A stretch of 64,000 nucleotides of DNA, taken from contig JBJOKS010000004.1 in the NCBI GenBank assembly GCA_046045965.1, positions 128,001-192,000 of the forward strand. Reading direction: 5' to 3'. Below the pieces are notes generated by a model, which saw nothing but the letters and a program-made list of their open reading frames with translations, was not told where the DNA came from and made no database searches. The position numbers were made by a program, and so were the translations under genes. The DNA comes from Cyanobacteriota bacterium. GTDB taxonomy: Bacteria > Cyanobacteriota > Cyanobacteriia > Cyanobacteriales > Nostocaceae. Within the stretch, counting starts at the first letter, position 1. Every line of letters starts with the position of its first letter. Positions 11,008 through 23,521 of the stretch are shown here, one piece after another.

Positions 11008-12066
11008 ATGGGTAATTTAAGGCGCGTACCAGTTGGAATTGTTGGCGCGTCAGGTTATGGCGGAGTGCAGCTAGTTAGACTCCTGATGGATCATCCAGAA
11101 GTTGAACTGGTTTATTTAGGTGGTGAAAGCAGCGCCGGCAAAACATTTGCGGATCTCTACCCCCATTTGGGTAGTATAGTTAACTTAAAAATTGAAGCGG
11201 TAGATCCAGAAATCATTGCTAGTCGATGTGAAGTAGTCTTTCTTTCTCTTCCGAACGGTTTGGCTTGTGACATTGCGCCAAAACTGATAGAAAAAGGCTG
11301 CAAAGTGCTGGATTTGAGTGCTGACTATCGTTTCAGTGACTTGAAAACTTATACAACTTGGTATGGCACGAAAAGAACCGATGACACCGTTGCGGAAACA
11401 GCAGTTTATGGTTTACCAGAATTGTACCGCGATCGCATCGCCGAATCTAATTTGATTGGTTGTCCTGGTTGCTATCCCACAGCCAGCTTACTTGCACTTT
11501 CCCCACTCCTCAAACAAGGTTTAATTGTCCCAGAAACAGCGATAATTGATGCTAAATCTGGTACATCTGGTGGTGGTAGACAAGGTAAGATTAACCTGTT
11601 GTTAGCCGAAGCAGATAACTCTCTGGGTGCTTATAACGTCGCCCGTCACCGTCACACCCCAGAAATTGAGCAAATTTGCAGTGATTTAGCGGGACACGAA
11701 GTTACAGTGCAGTTTACGCCCCATTTAATCCCAATGGTGAGGGGAATATTAGCCACCGTTTACGCCACCTTGCGAGATCCCGGTTTAGTCCGTGATGATT
11801 TAATTACAATTTACACCGCATTTTACCGTAATTCCCCCTGGGTGAAAATTTGTAATAGTGGCACTTACCCCCAAACCAAATGGGCGTGTGGAAGTAATGT
11901 TTGCTATATAGGTATAGAAGTAGACCCCCGTACAGGGCGCGTCATCGTCATGTCAGCCATTGACAACCTCATTAAAGGTCAAGCTGGACAAGCCATACAA
12001 TGTATGAACATCATGATGGACTGGGATGAAACCTTGGGGTTGCCCAAAGTTGGGTTTTATCCATAG
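11008..12066 (+). CDS. argC: N-acetyl-gamma-glutamyl-phosphate reductase
   Basis: [40 protein letters not shown]. Confidence 0.96.
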   Translation: MGNLRRVPVGIVGASGYGGVQLVRLLMDHPEVELVYLGGESSAGKTFADLYPHLGSIVNLKIEAVDPEIIASRCEVVFLSLPNGLACDIAPKLIEKGCKVLDLSADYRFSDLKTYTTWYGTKRTDDTVAETAVYGLPELYRDRIAESNLIGCPGCYPTASLLALSPLLKQGLIVPETAIIDAKSGTSGGGRQGKINLLLAEADNSLGAYNVARHRHTPEIEQICSDLAGHEVTVQFTPHLIPMVRGILATVYATLRDPGLVRDDLITIYTAFYRNSPWVKICNSGTYPQTKWACGSNVCYIGIEVDPRTGRVIVMSAIDNLIKGQAGQAIQCMNIMMDWDETLGLPKVGFYP

Positions 12067-12195
12067 GAGGCAGGAGGCAGGAGGCAGAAGGCAGAAGAGA
12101 AGGCAAGAGAAGAGGCAAAAGTTAATATTCTCCCCCTGCTTCCCCTGCTTCCCCTGCTTCCCCTGCTTTCTTCACTGTCACCTGTCACCTGTCAC
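12066..12195. repeat. Short tandem repeats (AGGAGGC, TCCCCTGCT, TGTCACC units)
   Basis: Tandem 7- and 9-mers between convergent argC and eno, typical STRR of heterocystous cyanobacteria. Confidence 0.8.
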
Positions 12196-13644
<1,449 letters not shown>

Positions 13645-13874
13645 CTATCAGTAATCAGCTTTTACATATAGTAAAAGTAATTTAATAGCAAGAATACAGA
13701 TTGTTGTCAAATTACACAAGTTTTAATGATGCTATGATTGTTAGGCGATAGTCTGTGATGCCCCTGCTCCGAAGAGTTGCGTAATCGTTGGTTCTGCCAT
13801 GTTGTTAAAAAGAGGTTTTTTATACTTTAATCCCCTTTCGACAATAATGAGAAGATTATGAGAAGATTGAAGAC

Positions 13875-13918
13875 AAAAAATAGCCTAGATTTTTAAACCA
13901 AATAGGCAAAATCTAGGC
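13875..13918 (-). terminator. Likely terminator downstream of tRNA-Thr
   Basis: GCCTAGATTT...AAATCTAGGC stem followed on the minus strand by a T run. Confidence 0.55.
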
Positions 13919-13947
13919 AATAATAAATATTTGATTTCTGAAACATA

Positions 13948-14019
<72 letters not shown>

Positions 14020-14055
14020 ACACACGATTTCAAATTATAGCATATATTTACAAAA

Positions 14056-14325
14056 ATGGTAGACCCAAATCTCAAAAATCGCCTCAACCCTAAACAATAT
14101 GCCCACCTGAAAGCGGAAATAGCCGCCCCCTATCGGGGTTTAAGGCAATTTATCTATATTGGTGTTGGTGCTTCTGGTTTTATCGGCGCATTTGTATTTT
14201 TCTTTCAACTACTGGCTGGTAGGAACATTGACAGCACCTTACCGAACTTTGCACTGCAAGTAGGAATAGTTGCTCTGATGGTATTTCTGTGGAGATGGGA
14301 ACAAAACCGTCAAAAACGTTCCTAG
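14056..14325 (+). CDS. DUF3493 / LPA1-like small membrane protein
   Basis: LKAEIAAPYRGLRQFIY..GASGFIGA motif with two hydrophobic segments. Confidence 0.75.
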   Translation: MVDPNLKNRLNPKQYAHLKAEIAAPYRGLRQFIYIGVGASGFIGAFVFFFQLLAGRNIDSTLPNFALQVGIVALMVFLWRWEQNRQKRS

Positions 14326-14396
14326 CTACATCATAATCAAAAATGGGTAGAAGGCAGGAGTAAAGATATACATTCTTCTTTCCCTGTTCTCTGTAA

Positions 14397-15578
14397 TTAT
14401 GAATTACGTGGTGTATATTTTTGACGATTATATATGGCAAAACCTAAAACTAAAAATGTTAGCACTCCTGCTAAATATAAAGGATAGCCATAAGTTATCG
14501 GCTGAGATTGCTGTACAATCATACCAGCAATTACAGGACCAATACCATTAGAAATACTTAAATAAGAAGCATTCAATCCTAATGCAGTTCCCTGTTCTTC
14601 AGCTTTAGCATTGAGAGAAATTAAAGTGCTAATCATCGGTTGTACGAGAGAATTAAATATTGAAAATAATATACTAACTATGACAAAATAATTAATGTTA
14701 GCCCAAACTGGCATTAATAAAAATGATAAACTACGGAAAAATAAACCTAAAAATAATATCTTGACTAGATCAAATTTTCCTTTGAGGATAGAAATTCCCC
14801 AAATTTGCATAATTACTCCCAGCGTTCCAAAAGTTAAAAATAGAAGAGTTAAAGATTGGCTATTTTGATTCAAAACTTTGATAAAGTAAGGTTGAAAAGC
14901 ATAGGTAAACATTGTAAATGTTGTCCCAGTCAAAAAATTAATTAATAGTAAAATCCCAACTCCTGGCATTGCTAACCCTTTAATTAAATTCCCTAAACCT
15001 AAATCAAAGATATTTTTAGGTTTTTGTGCCTGTTTTTGCAGAGTTTCTGGTAAAAATAAAATTGTCATTAACAAAGCAACAAAGGCAACTCCACCAGAAG
15101 CTACAAAAGCAGCCCCTAAAGAAATCTGCTGTGCAAATAAACTCGTAGCTGGTCCTAAAACAAATCCTAACCCCATTGCTGCGCCATAAATACCAAATGC
15201 CTGGGCGCGTTTTTGGGGAATAGTGATATCAGAAATAACTGCTTGAGCAACGGACGCATTACCACCCGTGATACCATCTAAGAATCTGGCAAAAAATAGC
15301 ACCCAAGCTGTTGTTGCAGTTCCCGCTATGAAGTTAGCAATCACAGTACCAGCTAAACTGATAATTAGTAAAGGTTTACGCCCAAATCTATCAGATAATT
15401 TACCTATGACGGGGGTTGCGAAAAACTGGGCTATGGAGTAAATAGAAAATAATAAACTGGTTTGAAAATCGGTCAGACCAAATTGTTTACCATAAAGATA
15501 GATAATGGGAATTAAAATTGTAAAACTGAGGGAGTTAACAAAGGCAATTAACGCAGTAATCCAAAAATTACGATTCAT
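14397..15578 (-). CDS. MFS transporter (TetA/DHA1-like)
   Basis: GKLSDRFGRKP, ARFLDGITGG, GFVLGPA; about 12 hydrophobic segments. Confidence 0.88.
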   Translation of the reverse strand: MNRNFWITALIAFVNSLSFTILIPIIYLYGKQFGLTDFQTSLLFSIYSIAQFFATPVIGKLSDRFGRKPLLIISLAGTVIANFIAGTATTAWVLFFARFLDGITGGNASVAQAVISDITIPQKRAQAFGIYGAAMGLGFVLGPATSLFAQQISLGAAFVASGGVAFVALLMTILFLPETLQKQAQKPKNIFDLGLGNLIKGLAMPGVGILLLINFLTGTTFTMFTYAFQPYFIKVLNQNSQSLTLLFLTFGTLGVIMQIWGISILKGKFDLVKILFLGLFFRSLSFLLMPVWANINYFVIVSILFSIFNSLVQPMISTLISLNAKAEEQGTALGLNASYLSISNGIGPVIAGMIVQQSQPITYGYPLYLAGVLTFLVLGFAIYNRQKYTPRNS

Positions 15579-15665
15579 GAATAATAAATAGCTAATAAGT
15601 TTTTGCTTGATGACGGCATTCAACTTTAGTCATACTACCATTTACTATACTTTTATTTAATACCT

Positions 15666-16583
15666 ATGACATTTAGATTCAAGAGACTTTCAAAAAAGCA
15701 AAAACAGCGGCTCATTCCACGAGTTCATATCAAGATCAAAAATGGACAATTTGAAGTTAGGGGTATGGGTGCATGGTATTCATACTGGCGTGATCCTTAC
15801 CATTTACTACTAACAATTCCCTGGACAGGCTTCTTGATACTTATTTGTGTTTTTTATGTAGCGATTAATATTATATTTGCTTTAGCTTACTTACTTGGTG
15901 GAGATTGTATCGCTAATGCTCAACCAGGCTCTTTTGCAGATGCCTTTTTCTTTAGCGTGCAAACCTTGGCATCTATTGGATATGGTGCAATGTTTCCAAA
16001 AACAATGTATGCCAATATCATAGTTACCATTGAAGCGATTATTGGTTTAATGGGAATTGCATTAATGACGGGATTAGCCTTTGCGCGGTTTTCCCGACCT
16101 ACAGCCCGTGTGATGTTTAGCAATGTAGCTGTAATTACACCACATCAAGAAGTACCAACACTGATGTTTCGCACCGCTAACCAGCGCCGCAATATGATTT
16201 TAGAGGCACAAATGCGGGTGTATTTAATGCGTGACGAAGTAACAGATGAAGGTGAATCTATGCGTCGGATCTATGATTTACCACTTATACGTTATCAGAC
16301 ACCGAGCTTTTCTTTATCCTGGTCAGTTATGCACACCATTGATGAATCCAGCCCTTTGTATGGGATGACACCAGAATTACTAATCAAGACACATTCTTCA
16401 CTGATTGTATCTCTAAGTGGCATTGATGAAACAGTATCACAGGTAGTCCATGCCCGTCATACTTATGGACCTAAAGATATTTTGTGGAATAGTAGATTTG
16501 TTGATATAATCCACCACACTCCTGATGGACATCGCTATTTTGATTACAACCATTTTCACGATGTTTTACCGTTGGAGAATTAA
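15666..16583 (+). CDS. Inward-rectifier potassium channel (KirBac)
   Basis: FFFSVQTLASIGYG filter region, ARFSRP, LMFRTANQR, HTIDESSPL. Confidence 0.92.
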   Translation: MTFRFKRLSKKQKQRLIPRVHIKIKNGQFEVRGMGAWYSYWRDPYHLLLTIPWTGFLILICVFYVAINIIFALAYLLGGDCIANAQPGSFADAFFFSVQTLASIGYGAMFPKTMYANIIVTIEAIIGLMGIALMTGLAFARFSRPTARVMFSNVAVITPHQEVPTLMFRTANQRRNMILEAQMRVYLMRDEVTDEGESMRRIYDLPLIRYQTPSFSLSWSVMHTIDESSPLYGMTPELLIKTHSSLIVSLSGIDETVSQVVHARHTYGPKDILWNSRFVDIIHHTPDGHRYFDYNHFHDVLPLEN

Positions 16584-16647
16584 GGTAGGAAGTAGAAAGA
16601 AAAAATTACCAATTAGCAATTAGCAATTACCAATTACCCAAAAAATT

Positions 16648-16680
16648 AACCGCCTATCCCCAAGAGACAGGCGGTTTTTT
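16648..16680 (+). terminator. Rho-independent terminator between KirBac and psbJ
   Basis: AACCGCCT...AGGCGGTT followed by T run; A run on the other side, probably bidirectional. Confidence 0.75.
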
Positions 16681-16719
16681 AATGTTGCTTTTTAAACAAA
16701 AATTCGGATCAGGTTCTGA

Positions 16720-16839
16720 TTACAATGAAGAACCGATTCCGGCGTAGGCTCCATAAAAGAAAATACCTACAACAGTAATTACACCTAAACCTGCGATTGT
16801 AGCGACAACCCACAGGGGAATTCTCCCACTTCCAGACAC
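16720..16839 (-). CDS. psbJ: Photosystem II protein J
   Basis: Manual translation [39 protein letters not shown]. Confidence 0.95.
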   Translation of the reverse strand: MSGSGRIPLWVVATIAGLGVITVVGIFFYGAYAGIGSSL

Positions 16840-16892
16840 AGTTTTTTCCTCGCTTACAAACAAATCAACAGAATTGAACGATCAGGTTCCAG

Positions 16893-17012
16893 TTAGTTAA
16901 AGAAATAACTGGAGAACAGAATACCTAGAACGAAAATCAATAGTAGTCCCAGGTACAAAGAAGTACGGTTTAATTCAACCGGTTGTTGATTAGGATTCGG
17001 TGATCTTTCCAT
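16893..17012 (-). CDS. psbL: Photosystem II protein L
   Basis: Manual translation [39 protein letters not shown]. Confidence 0.96.
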   Translation of the reverse strand: MERSPNPNQQPVELNRTSLYLGLLLIFVLGILFSSYFFN

Positions 17013-17021
17013 TACTTACTC

Positions 17022-17159
17022 CTAGCGTTGAATAAACTGCATTGCGGCGATCGCGCCCAAAAAGAAGACTGTTGGCACACCTAAAGTGTGAACTGCCAGC
17101 CATCTAACTGTAAAAATTGGATAGGTAACAGGTTGATTGACGTTATTGCCAGTAGCCAT
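17022..17159 (-). CDS. psbF: Cytochrome b559 beta subunit
   Basis: Manual translation [45 protein letters not shown]. Confidence 0.97.
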   Translation of the reverse strand: MATGNNVNQPVTYPIFTVRWLAVHTLGVPTVFFLGAIAAMQFIQR

Positions 17160-17168
17160 GATCTCAAA

Positions 17169-17417
17169 TTATTTTCCGATAAATGTTTCTACTTGTTTCT
17201 TAGCTTCGTAACGGTTGCTGACGATTGGCACTTCTTGCCGTACCTGTGTGAAATATTCATTAGGACGGGGTGTGCCAAACGCATCATAAGCCAGTCCGGT
17301 GCTGACAAATAGCCAACCAGCCACAAATAAAGCTGGGATGGTGATGCTGTGAATGACCCAGTAACGAATACTGGTAACGATGTCCGAAAATGGACGCTCT
17401 CCAGTGGTACCTGACAT
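17169..17417 (-). CDS. psbE: Cytochrome b559 alpha subunit
   Basis: [28 protein letters not shown]. Confidence 0.98.
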   Translation of the reverse strand: MSGTTGERPFSDIVTSIRYWVIHSITIPALFVAGWLFVSTGLAYDAFGTPRPNEYFTQVRQEVPIVSNRYEAKKQVETFIGK

Positions 17418-17537
17418 TTAGATAACTACCTTCGCAAAAACTACTATTGAGTCTATTATCCTACAAAGTTTAGAAAGAGTTACAAGTTGCAACGTTCTTC
17501 TCAGAAAAGGTTATCATCTCTTAACGCACTTACTTAA

Positions 17538-18560
17538 CTAAGTGGCCTCAGATGAAGAAGCTGTTTGAGCTTCGGGGTTATATTTGAGCAAAACGCCGTG
17601 ATCGCTAATGATAAAACCTTGATCAGCGTTAAAAAACACGATCTTGTAAAAATTAGCGGCCACTTCTTCCACTTCACGGTCTTTTTCCCAGGTTTGACCC
17701 CCATCGGTACTGCGTAGCAAGTTACCGCTACCACCACCAATCCAGATTTCATCTGGTGTGCGATAGGCTAAATCTAGTAAACCCCAACTAGTAGCCAACT
17801 CTGGATATTCTACCTCTAACCACTCATCTGGTTTAGCTGGATCATTAAATTGAACTTGACCACCTCTGGCTAACAACCACAACTGGCCATTATCAGCAAA
17901 ACCCATATTTTCCAAACGCCGGGAACTGTTGCGGTTGTGGGGTTCCCAAGCATTTTGTCCTGGCTCCCAAACTGAGTAAAAGCTACCTTTAGCGGAAACA
18001 GCAATATACTTGCCATCGGGCGATCGCTCTAAGTTACGCACCACACCCACAGCGTTTTCTACTTGGGCTTTCCAGTTTTTACCACCATCTGTAGTTTTAT
18101 AGATAGCTCCCACATCAGTAGCCATTTCTGCTGTATTTTCACCCAGTGCGGTAATTAAAATGGGGCTACCAGGTAACTTTTCATTCAAAGGCAAGCTAGA
18201 CCAAGATTTACCTTCATCAGTAGTATGTAGCAACAAAGAAGGTTCTCCAGCTATCCAACCTTCTTTACCAGCAAAACTTACTGAGTCAAATCGAGATTTT
18301 GGATCTTCAACTGCCAATTGTAGGGGTTGCCAAGTATTTCCACCATCATTAGTTTCTAGCAGGGTAGCATTACTACCAACTAAATAACCGTGTTTGGGGT
18401 TCTCAGTAAAAGCAATATCGAACAGTTTCGCCTCTGTTGGCACATTAATAACTTGCCAGGGATTATAGCTAACGGAAGGAACTTTGCTACAACCTATACA
18501 GGCTAGGACTACTATGAACGCGGCAAAGATTCCTTGCCACCTTTTTACAATTGAACGCAT
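17538..18560 (-). CDS. ycf48: PSII assembly factor Ycf48/HCF136
   Basis: Repeated TxDGG BNR motifs, lipobox-like N-terminus, position between rubA and psbE. Confidence 0.95.
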   Translation of the reverse strand: MRSIVKRWQGIFAAFIVVLACIGCSKVPSVSYNPWQVINVPTEAKLFDIAFTENPKHGYLVGSNATLLETNDGGNTWQPLQLAVEDPKSRFDSVSFAGKEGWIAGEPSLLLHTTDEGKSWSSLPLNEKLPGSPILITALGENTAEMATDVGAIYKTTDGGKNWKAQVENAVGVVRNLERSPDGKYIAVSAKGSFYSVWEPGQNAWEPHNRNSSRRLENMGFADNGQLWLLARGGQVQFNDPAKPDEWLEVEYPELATSWGLLDLAYRTPDEIWIGGGSGNLLRSTDGGQTWEKDREVEEVAANFYKIVFFNADQGFIISDHGVLLKYNPEAQTASSSEAT

Positions 18561-18667
18561 CAGTATTTCTTAGTTATTTCTAAATTTGAATTAAGGGAAC
18601 AGGGAACAAGGAACAGGGAACAGCTAGAAATCTTTCCTCCCCATCACCCCAACTCCCAAAGGGGATG

Positions 18668-19012
18668 TTATTGTAAGCCGTAAAGACTGATAAAAAACAA
18701 GAAGCCAAGTGCCAAAGCACCGAAAATCAAAATGTTCTTTTGGGTTGGTGTGAGTTTATTTACACCCAATCCGTAACCTAAGTTTTCTTTGAAACCAGAT
18801 GCCGTACCCGCAGGACCGATGTTAGCAAAAGCTACCTTTTTGGCGCTACAAACTGGACAACGCCAATTTACAGGCAATTCTGCAAAAGCCGTCCCAGCAG
18901 GGATATCATATTTGCCGTCTCCCTTCTCAGGTTCATAAACATAACCACAGGCGCGACACTCATAGCGGTCTAACTCCTGAGTATCAAGAGCTTCTTCAGC
19001 TTGTTCGCTCAT
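18668..19012 (-). CDS. rubA: Membrane-anchored rubredoxin
   Basis: CRACGYVY...WRCPVC plus C-terminal TM helix. Confidence 0.95.
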   Translation of the reverse strand: MSEQAEEALDTQELDRYECRACGYVYEPEKGDGKYDIPAGTAFAELPVNWRCPVCSAKKVAFANIGPAGTASGFKENLGYGLGVNKLTPTQKNILIFGALALGFLFFISLYGLQ

Positions 19013-19207
19013 CGTTGGGTCCTCCTAGAGAGGAAATCTTAAAGATACGTTACAAATTATGACATAATTGTTAGACTTTTCTATCACTCCCCAAAACGAA
19101 TCAAATACCCTCAGTCCATCTGTTTCCCAGATTTCAGAAAACTCTAAAAGATATAATGTAAAAGAAAGTCACAGCTTTATTTCCACCATCAGCGGTAGAT
19201 ATCCATT

Positions 19208-19570
19208 GTGTTTGTCCTTAACGGTTACGAATATCTTCTAGGCTTCTTCCTCCTCTGTAGCCTAGTACCAGCCCTGGCGCTTTCAGCGTCCAAACTCCTC
19301 AGACCTAGTAGCTACAGCCCTGAACGGCGCACCACCTATGAATCCGGTATGGAACCCATTGGCGGAGCCTGGATTCAGTTCAATATTCGCTACTATATGT
19401 TTGCCTTAGTCTTTGTCGTTTTTGACGTAGAGACTGTTTTTTTGTACCCTTGGGCGGTAGCTTTCCACCGTTTGGGTTTATTGGCGTTTATTGAAGCCTT
19501 GATTTTTATTGCGATTCTTGTAATCGCTTTAGTTTACGCATGGCGTAAAGGAGCATTGGAATGGTCTTGA
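19208..19570 (+). CDS. ndhC: NDH-1 subunit 3
   Basis: [29 protein letters not shown]. Confidence 0.97.
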   Translation: MFVLNGYEYLLGFFLLCSLVPALALSASKLLRPSSYSPERRTTYESGMEPIGGAWIQFNIRYYMFALVFVVFDVETVFLYPWAVAFHRLGLLAFIEALIFIAILVIALVYAWRKGALEWS

Positions 19571-20295
19571 ATTCTAATATAACCACCCAGGACAAAGAGC
19601 GAATTATTAACCCCATTGAGCGTCCTACAGTTACTCAAGAACTGTCAGAAAACGTGATTTTAACCACCGTTGATGACCTCTACAACTGGGCGCGGCTTTC
19701 TAGTTTGTGGCCTTTGCTGTTTGGTACAGCTTGCTGCTTCATTGAATTTGCGGCTTTAATCGGCTCTCGTTTCGACTTTGACCGTTTTGGGCTAATTCCT
19801 CGTTCTAGCCCCCGTCAAGCTGATTTAATCATCACTGCTGGCACAATTACCATGAAGATGGCTCCTCAATTGGTGCGTCTTTATGAACAAATGCCCGAAC
19901 CTAAGTATGTAATTGCTATGGGTGCTTGTACAATTACCGGGGGTATGTTCAGCGTTGACTCTCCCAGTGCAGTGCGCGGAGTTGATAAGCTGATTCCTGT
20001 AGATGTGTACTTACCCGGATGTCCTCCCCGTCCAGAAGCGATTATTGATGCAATTATTAAATTGCGGAAAAAAATTGCTAATGATTCGATGCAAGAACGG
20101 GGTCAAATCAAGCAAACCCACCGCTACTACAGTACAGCTCACAGTATGAAGCCAGTTCCCGAAATTTTAACTGGTAAGTATTTACAATCAGAGACTCGCT
20201 ACAATCCGCCTAAAGAATTGACAGAAGCAATTGGTCTACCTGTACCCCCAGCATTGCTGACATCTAAGACAAAGGAGGAAGAAAAGCGTGGCTGA
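19561..20295 (+). CDS. ndhK: NDH-1 subunit K
   Basis: [21 protein letters not shown]. Confidence 0.97.
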   Translation: MVLNSNITTQDKERIINPIERPTVTQELSENVILTTVDDLYNWARLSSLWPLLFGTACCFIEFAALIGSRFDFDRFGLIPRSSPRQADLIITAGTITMKMAPQLVRLYEQMPEPKYVIAMGACTITGGMFSVDSPSAVRGVDKLIPVDVYLPGCPPRPEAIIDAIIKLRKKIANDSMQERGQIKQTHRYYSTAHSMKPVPEILTGKYLQSETRYNPPKELTEAIGLPVPPALLTSKTKEEEKRG

Positions 20296-20791
20296 TGAAG
20301 AATCTAAATTAGTTCCTGCGGGTCAGGTTTCCCAGTGGTTAAGTGAAAATGGTTTTGACCATGAATCTTTGAACCCTGATGTTAATGGTGTAGAAATTAT
20401 TAAGGTTGCACCTGAGTTTTTACTTCCTACCGCTACCGCTTTGTATGCTTACGGGTTTAATTATCTCCAATTTCAAGGAGGTATTGATTTAGGTCCAGGA
20501 CAGGATTTAGTTAGTGTTTATCACTTGGTAAAGGTGAGTGATAATGCTGATAAGCCTGAAGAGGTGCGAATTAAGGTGTTCTTACCTAGAGAAAATCCGG
20601 TTGTTCCTTCAGTTTACTGGATTTGGCGCACTGCTGACTGGCAAGAGCGTGAGTCCTACGATATGTTTGGGATTATCTATGAAGGTCATCCTAATTTGAA
20701 GCGGATTTTGATGCCGGAAGATTGGGTAGGTTGGCCTTTACGTAAGGATTACATCTCGCCTGATTTCTATGAGTTGCAAGATGCTTATTAG
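20288..20791 (+). CDS. ndhJ: NDH-1 subunit J
   Basis: [36 protein letters not shown]. Confidence 0.96.
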   Translation: MADEESKLVPAGQVSQWLSENGFDHESLNPDVNGVEIIKVAPEFLLPTATALYAYGFNYLQFQGGIDLGPGQDLVSVYHLVKVSDNADKPEEVRIKVFLPRENPVVPSVYWIWRTADWQERESYDMFGIIYEGHPNLKRILMPEDWVGWPLRKDYISPDFYELQDAY

Positions 20792-20959
20792 GTAGTGCTG
20801 ATTTGTGGTTTACCCCTTTCCAATGGTGGAGAGGGGTATTGTTTTTAACGAACCACAGAGGCACGGAGAACAAGGAGAAATGAGGGGTTATACTTGTGTT
20901 TCGCGCAAAGACGCTAAGGAGCAAAGGCGCGAAGTTTTTGAGGTATATTTTTAGATTAG

Positions 20960-21106
20960 ATCAGCAAGTTTAAAGTTTTAGATAATATCGCCACTCTCAA
21001 GCCTATACCAGTTGAGCGGTTAACCCTGGTAGAAGAAGATTATACTTCTATTTCAAGTTTACCAAATGGGCAAGTTGGAACAATTAAAATGTCTACAGGA
21101 CGGTAA
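20960..21106 (+). pseudogene. DUF4926-like gene remnant
   Basis: Frame reads (ATC)SKFKVLDNIATLKPIPVERLTLVEEDYTSISSLPNGQVGTI then diverges and stops; resembles the N-terminus of cyanobacterial DUF4926 proteins. Confidence 0.5.
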
Positions 21107-21132
21107 ATTATATATAGATTAAAAATATCAAT

Positions 21133-21163
21133 GGTGCGTTACCTACAGCATAACGCACCCTAC
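21133..21163 (-). repeat. GTAG-type REP-like palindrome
   Basis: GGTGCGTTA...TAACGCACC followed by CTAC. Confidence 0.6.
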
Positions 21164-21174
21164 AAATTTAAACT

Positions 21175-21414
21175 TTACATTCTTCCTTGTGCCATTACTT
21201 GTTGCAGATGTTGACGAATTTCGTGCGCTTCATCAATTTCTGATTGACGCAACTTTTCAAACAGTTCTACACAAGGTTGAGAATTTGCTTCTTGTGCATC
21301 TTGAATGTAACGTTCATACGCTTGCACTGCTGTGGCTTTGTTGTGCAGTACGGTAATAAAATCGTACTCTAAATTACTAATTGGTTCTTGAGTTTTTGTC
21401 TTGGTAGTAGTCAT
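21175..21414 (-). CDS. Small helical hypothetical protein (possibly half ferritin-like fold)
   Basis: 79 aa, AAGGAG Shine-Dalgarno upstream, NLEYDFITVLHNK...AYERYIQDA...ELFEKL. Confidence 0.7.
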   Translation of the reverse strand: MTTTKTKTQEPISNLEYDFITVLHNKATAVQAYERYIQDAQEANSQPCVELFEKLRQSEIDEAHEIRQHLQQVMAQGRM

Positions 21415-21592
21415 TATTTTTTGCTCCTTTACTTTTAAGTATTTATTTAATTTATACGCACTCTCAAAGTTTGATTCATCTACCTACAAGTGGACAAAAA
21501 ATATCAATTTTGCTACAAAAGATAGATCCCCAACTTCTTTAAGAAGTCTGGGATCTGGGTATGATTTTTATTTCTACCCATTGGCTTATTTA

Positions 21593-22141
21593 CTATGACA
21601 TAGGCTGGTTTTGCTCACATTTATCTGAATACTGAAATTCCAAATCATTTTGTATTTCTTTCCGTCCTTGATGTACGATAGGACAATATTTTGTGTTTGC
21701 ACTCATACAGTCCATGTGGGGTGTTTTCGCACATACTAATAATAGTCCACCCAAAATGAATAATAAACCACACATCGCTGCTGTTTGTGTACCGGAAATA
21801 TCTAACGCACCATGAACTACTACTTCCCGCAGTACGGAAACAATTGCCACTTCGACTGCTACACCAACAGAAATACTATGTTCTTGTAAGTAGACCATTA
21901 GTAGTCGAAATAACTCTACTAGAATCAAAACAAATAGCATTTTGGATGTCAATTCTTTGTAGCCTAGTGACTGGGTGATGGCAATAAATATACCCCACAA
22001 CTGTATCAACATAACTGCAAACAAAGCTAAACACAAGACAATCACAATCAGGTCTTGAAAAGCCTCCATGTTACGAACAATTGTATGGCGATCTAACCAG
22101 CGATCGCAAAATAAAAATCTACTCTTGAAGCGTTTTTGCAT
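21593..22141 (-). CDS. PsiE-family membrane protein
   Basis: LFVLILVELFR...VEVAIVSVLREVV, four hydrophobic segments. Confidence 0.75.
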   Translation of the reverse strand: MQKRFKSRFLFCDRWLDRHTIVRNMEAFQDLIVIVLCLALFAVMLIQLWGIFIAITQSLGYKELTSKMLFVLILVELFRLLMVYLQEHSISVGVAVEVAIVSVLREVVVHGALDISGTQTAAMCGLLFILGGLLLVCAKTPHMDCMSANTKYCPIVHQGRKEIQNDLEFQYSDKCEQNQPMS

Positions 22142-22222
22142 GACTATTCACATTCCAATGGCAGTTTAGACCACACGTTTAACCCCTTTTTCTTATTGTT
22201 ACTTAATATTAATGCTTATGCC

Positions 22223-23194
22223 TCAGCGTGGTTTGTTATTTAATTCTTTATTTAACTTTTGTATTTGTGTTAACAATTTTTTGGCATTGTTTACCCATTG
22301 AGTATTACTTTGTTGTTGATACAAATTTATGGCATATTCAAATACTTTTATAGCTTCTGGATATTGTTTTAATTGTACAAATACTAATCCTGCTCCATAA
22401 TAAGCATCTGCGTAATTTGAATTTGCCTCTGCGGATTTTCTAAAGGCGGCTAATGCTTCGTTAAATTTGCCCTGATTAAATAAAATCGAACCCAAATTAT
22501 AATGAGCCTCTGCATATCTAGGATTTATATTAATTGCTTTATTAAATGCTGCCTTTGCTGGTTCTATTTTCCCTTGTTGTAGATAGGAAATTCCTAAATG
22601 ATAAGCTGGTTCTGGTGAATTTGGACTATATATTATCGCTTGTTGAAAAGAGGCGATCGCACTATTCCAATCTTTTTGTATTTCTCTGACCAATCCTAAG
22701 TTATAATGAGCAAAACCCAGCTTTGGATCTAATTGTAAAGCTCTTTGTAAATAATCAGTTGCTAACTGTAAATTATTTCCTTCTAACAAAGCACCACCTA
22801 AATTTGCAAAAGCTGGTGCAAACTGCGGATCAGCTTGTGTTGCTTGATAAAATGCGTCTGCTGATGGTTGCAATTGTCCTGCTTGTCGCAGTGCTAGACC
22901 TAAATTATAATAGGCTGCTGCTAAGGTCGGATCTAATTGCGTCGCTTGACGAAAAGCGGTAATTGCATCTTGTAACTTTCCGTCCTGAATAGATTGTAAA
23001 CCCTGATTTAACCAGTCTAAAGCTATTTGGCGTGGATTTTGAACCAGTAGGGGAAGATGGGGTGATGGGGTGGATGAGGTGATGGGATGATGGGGAGAAA
23101 GGGAAAATACTGGTTTAATATTTTGAATATTTATATTTAATACCAGTAAAGCAACAATGCCAATAAAAGGATATTTTTTGAATGAGATAATCAT
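22223..23194 (-). CDS. Secreted TPR-repeat protein
   Basis: Repeated AYYNLG/AHYNLG TPR units after a signal-like N-terminus; start uncertain. Confidence 0.85.
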   Translation of the reverse strand: MIISFKKYPFIGIVALLVLNINIQNIKPVFSLSPHHPITSSTPSPHLPLLVQNPRQIALDWLNQGLQSIQDGKLQDAITAFRQATQLDPTLAAAYYNLGLALRQAGQLQPSADAFYQATQADPQFAPAFANLGGALLEGNNLQLATDYLQRALQLDPKLGFAHYNLGLVREIQKDWNSAIASFQQAIIYSPNSPEPAYHLGISYLQQGKIEPAKAAFNKAININPRYAEAHYNLGSILFNQGKFNEALAAFRKSAEANSNYADAYYGAGLVFVQLKQYPEAIKVFEYAINLYQQQSNTQWVNNAKKLLTQIQKLNKELNNKPR

Positions 23195-23521
23195 AAATTC
23201 GCCTGGTAATTCTGTCACTAAATATTAGTATGAATCAATTATTTTACAAAAATTTTAGATTTGGTATATAAGTTAGTATTGCTTAATATTACTTAAACTA
23301 AATCTTACGATAAACTACAATTTTTTTAAACTGGGATTAAAGGATGGATAATAAAAAAGTAAGAAGTCAGGAGTCAGGAGTCAGGAGTCAGAATGTTTGA
23401 TTAATTAAGTTAAAATCAACAAATAAAGATTTTTGGCGCAACTGTTAAAAAGCTGAATGCTTAATGAATTACTCCTGAAAAAACAGAATGCGGTTGAGGG
23501 AATCACCGTAAAGGAGGGTTT

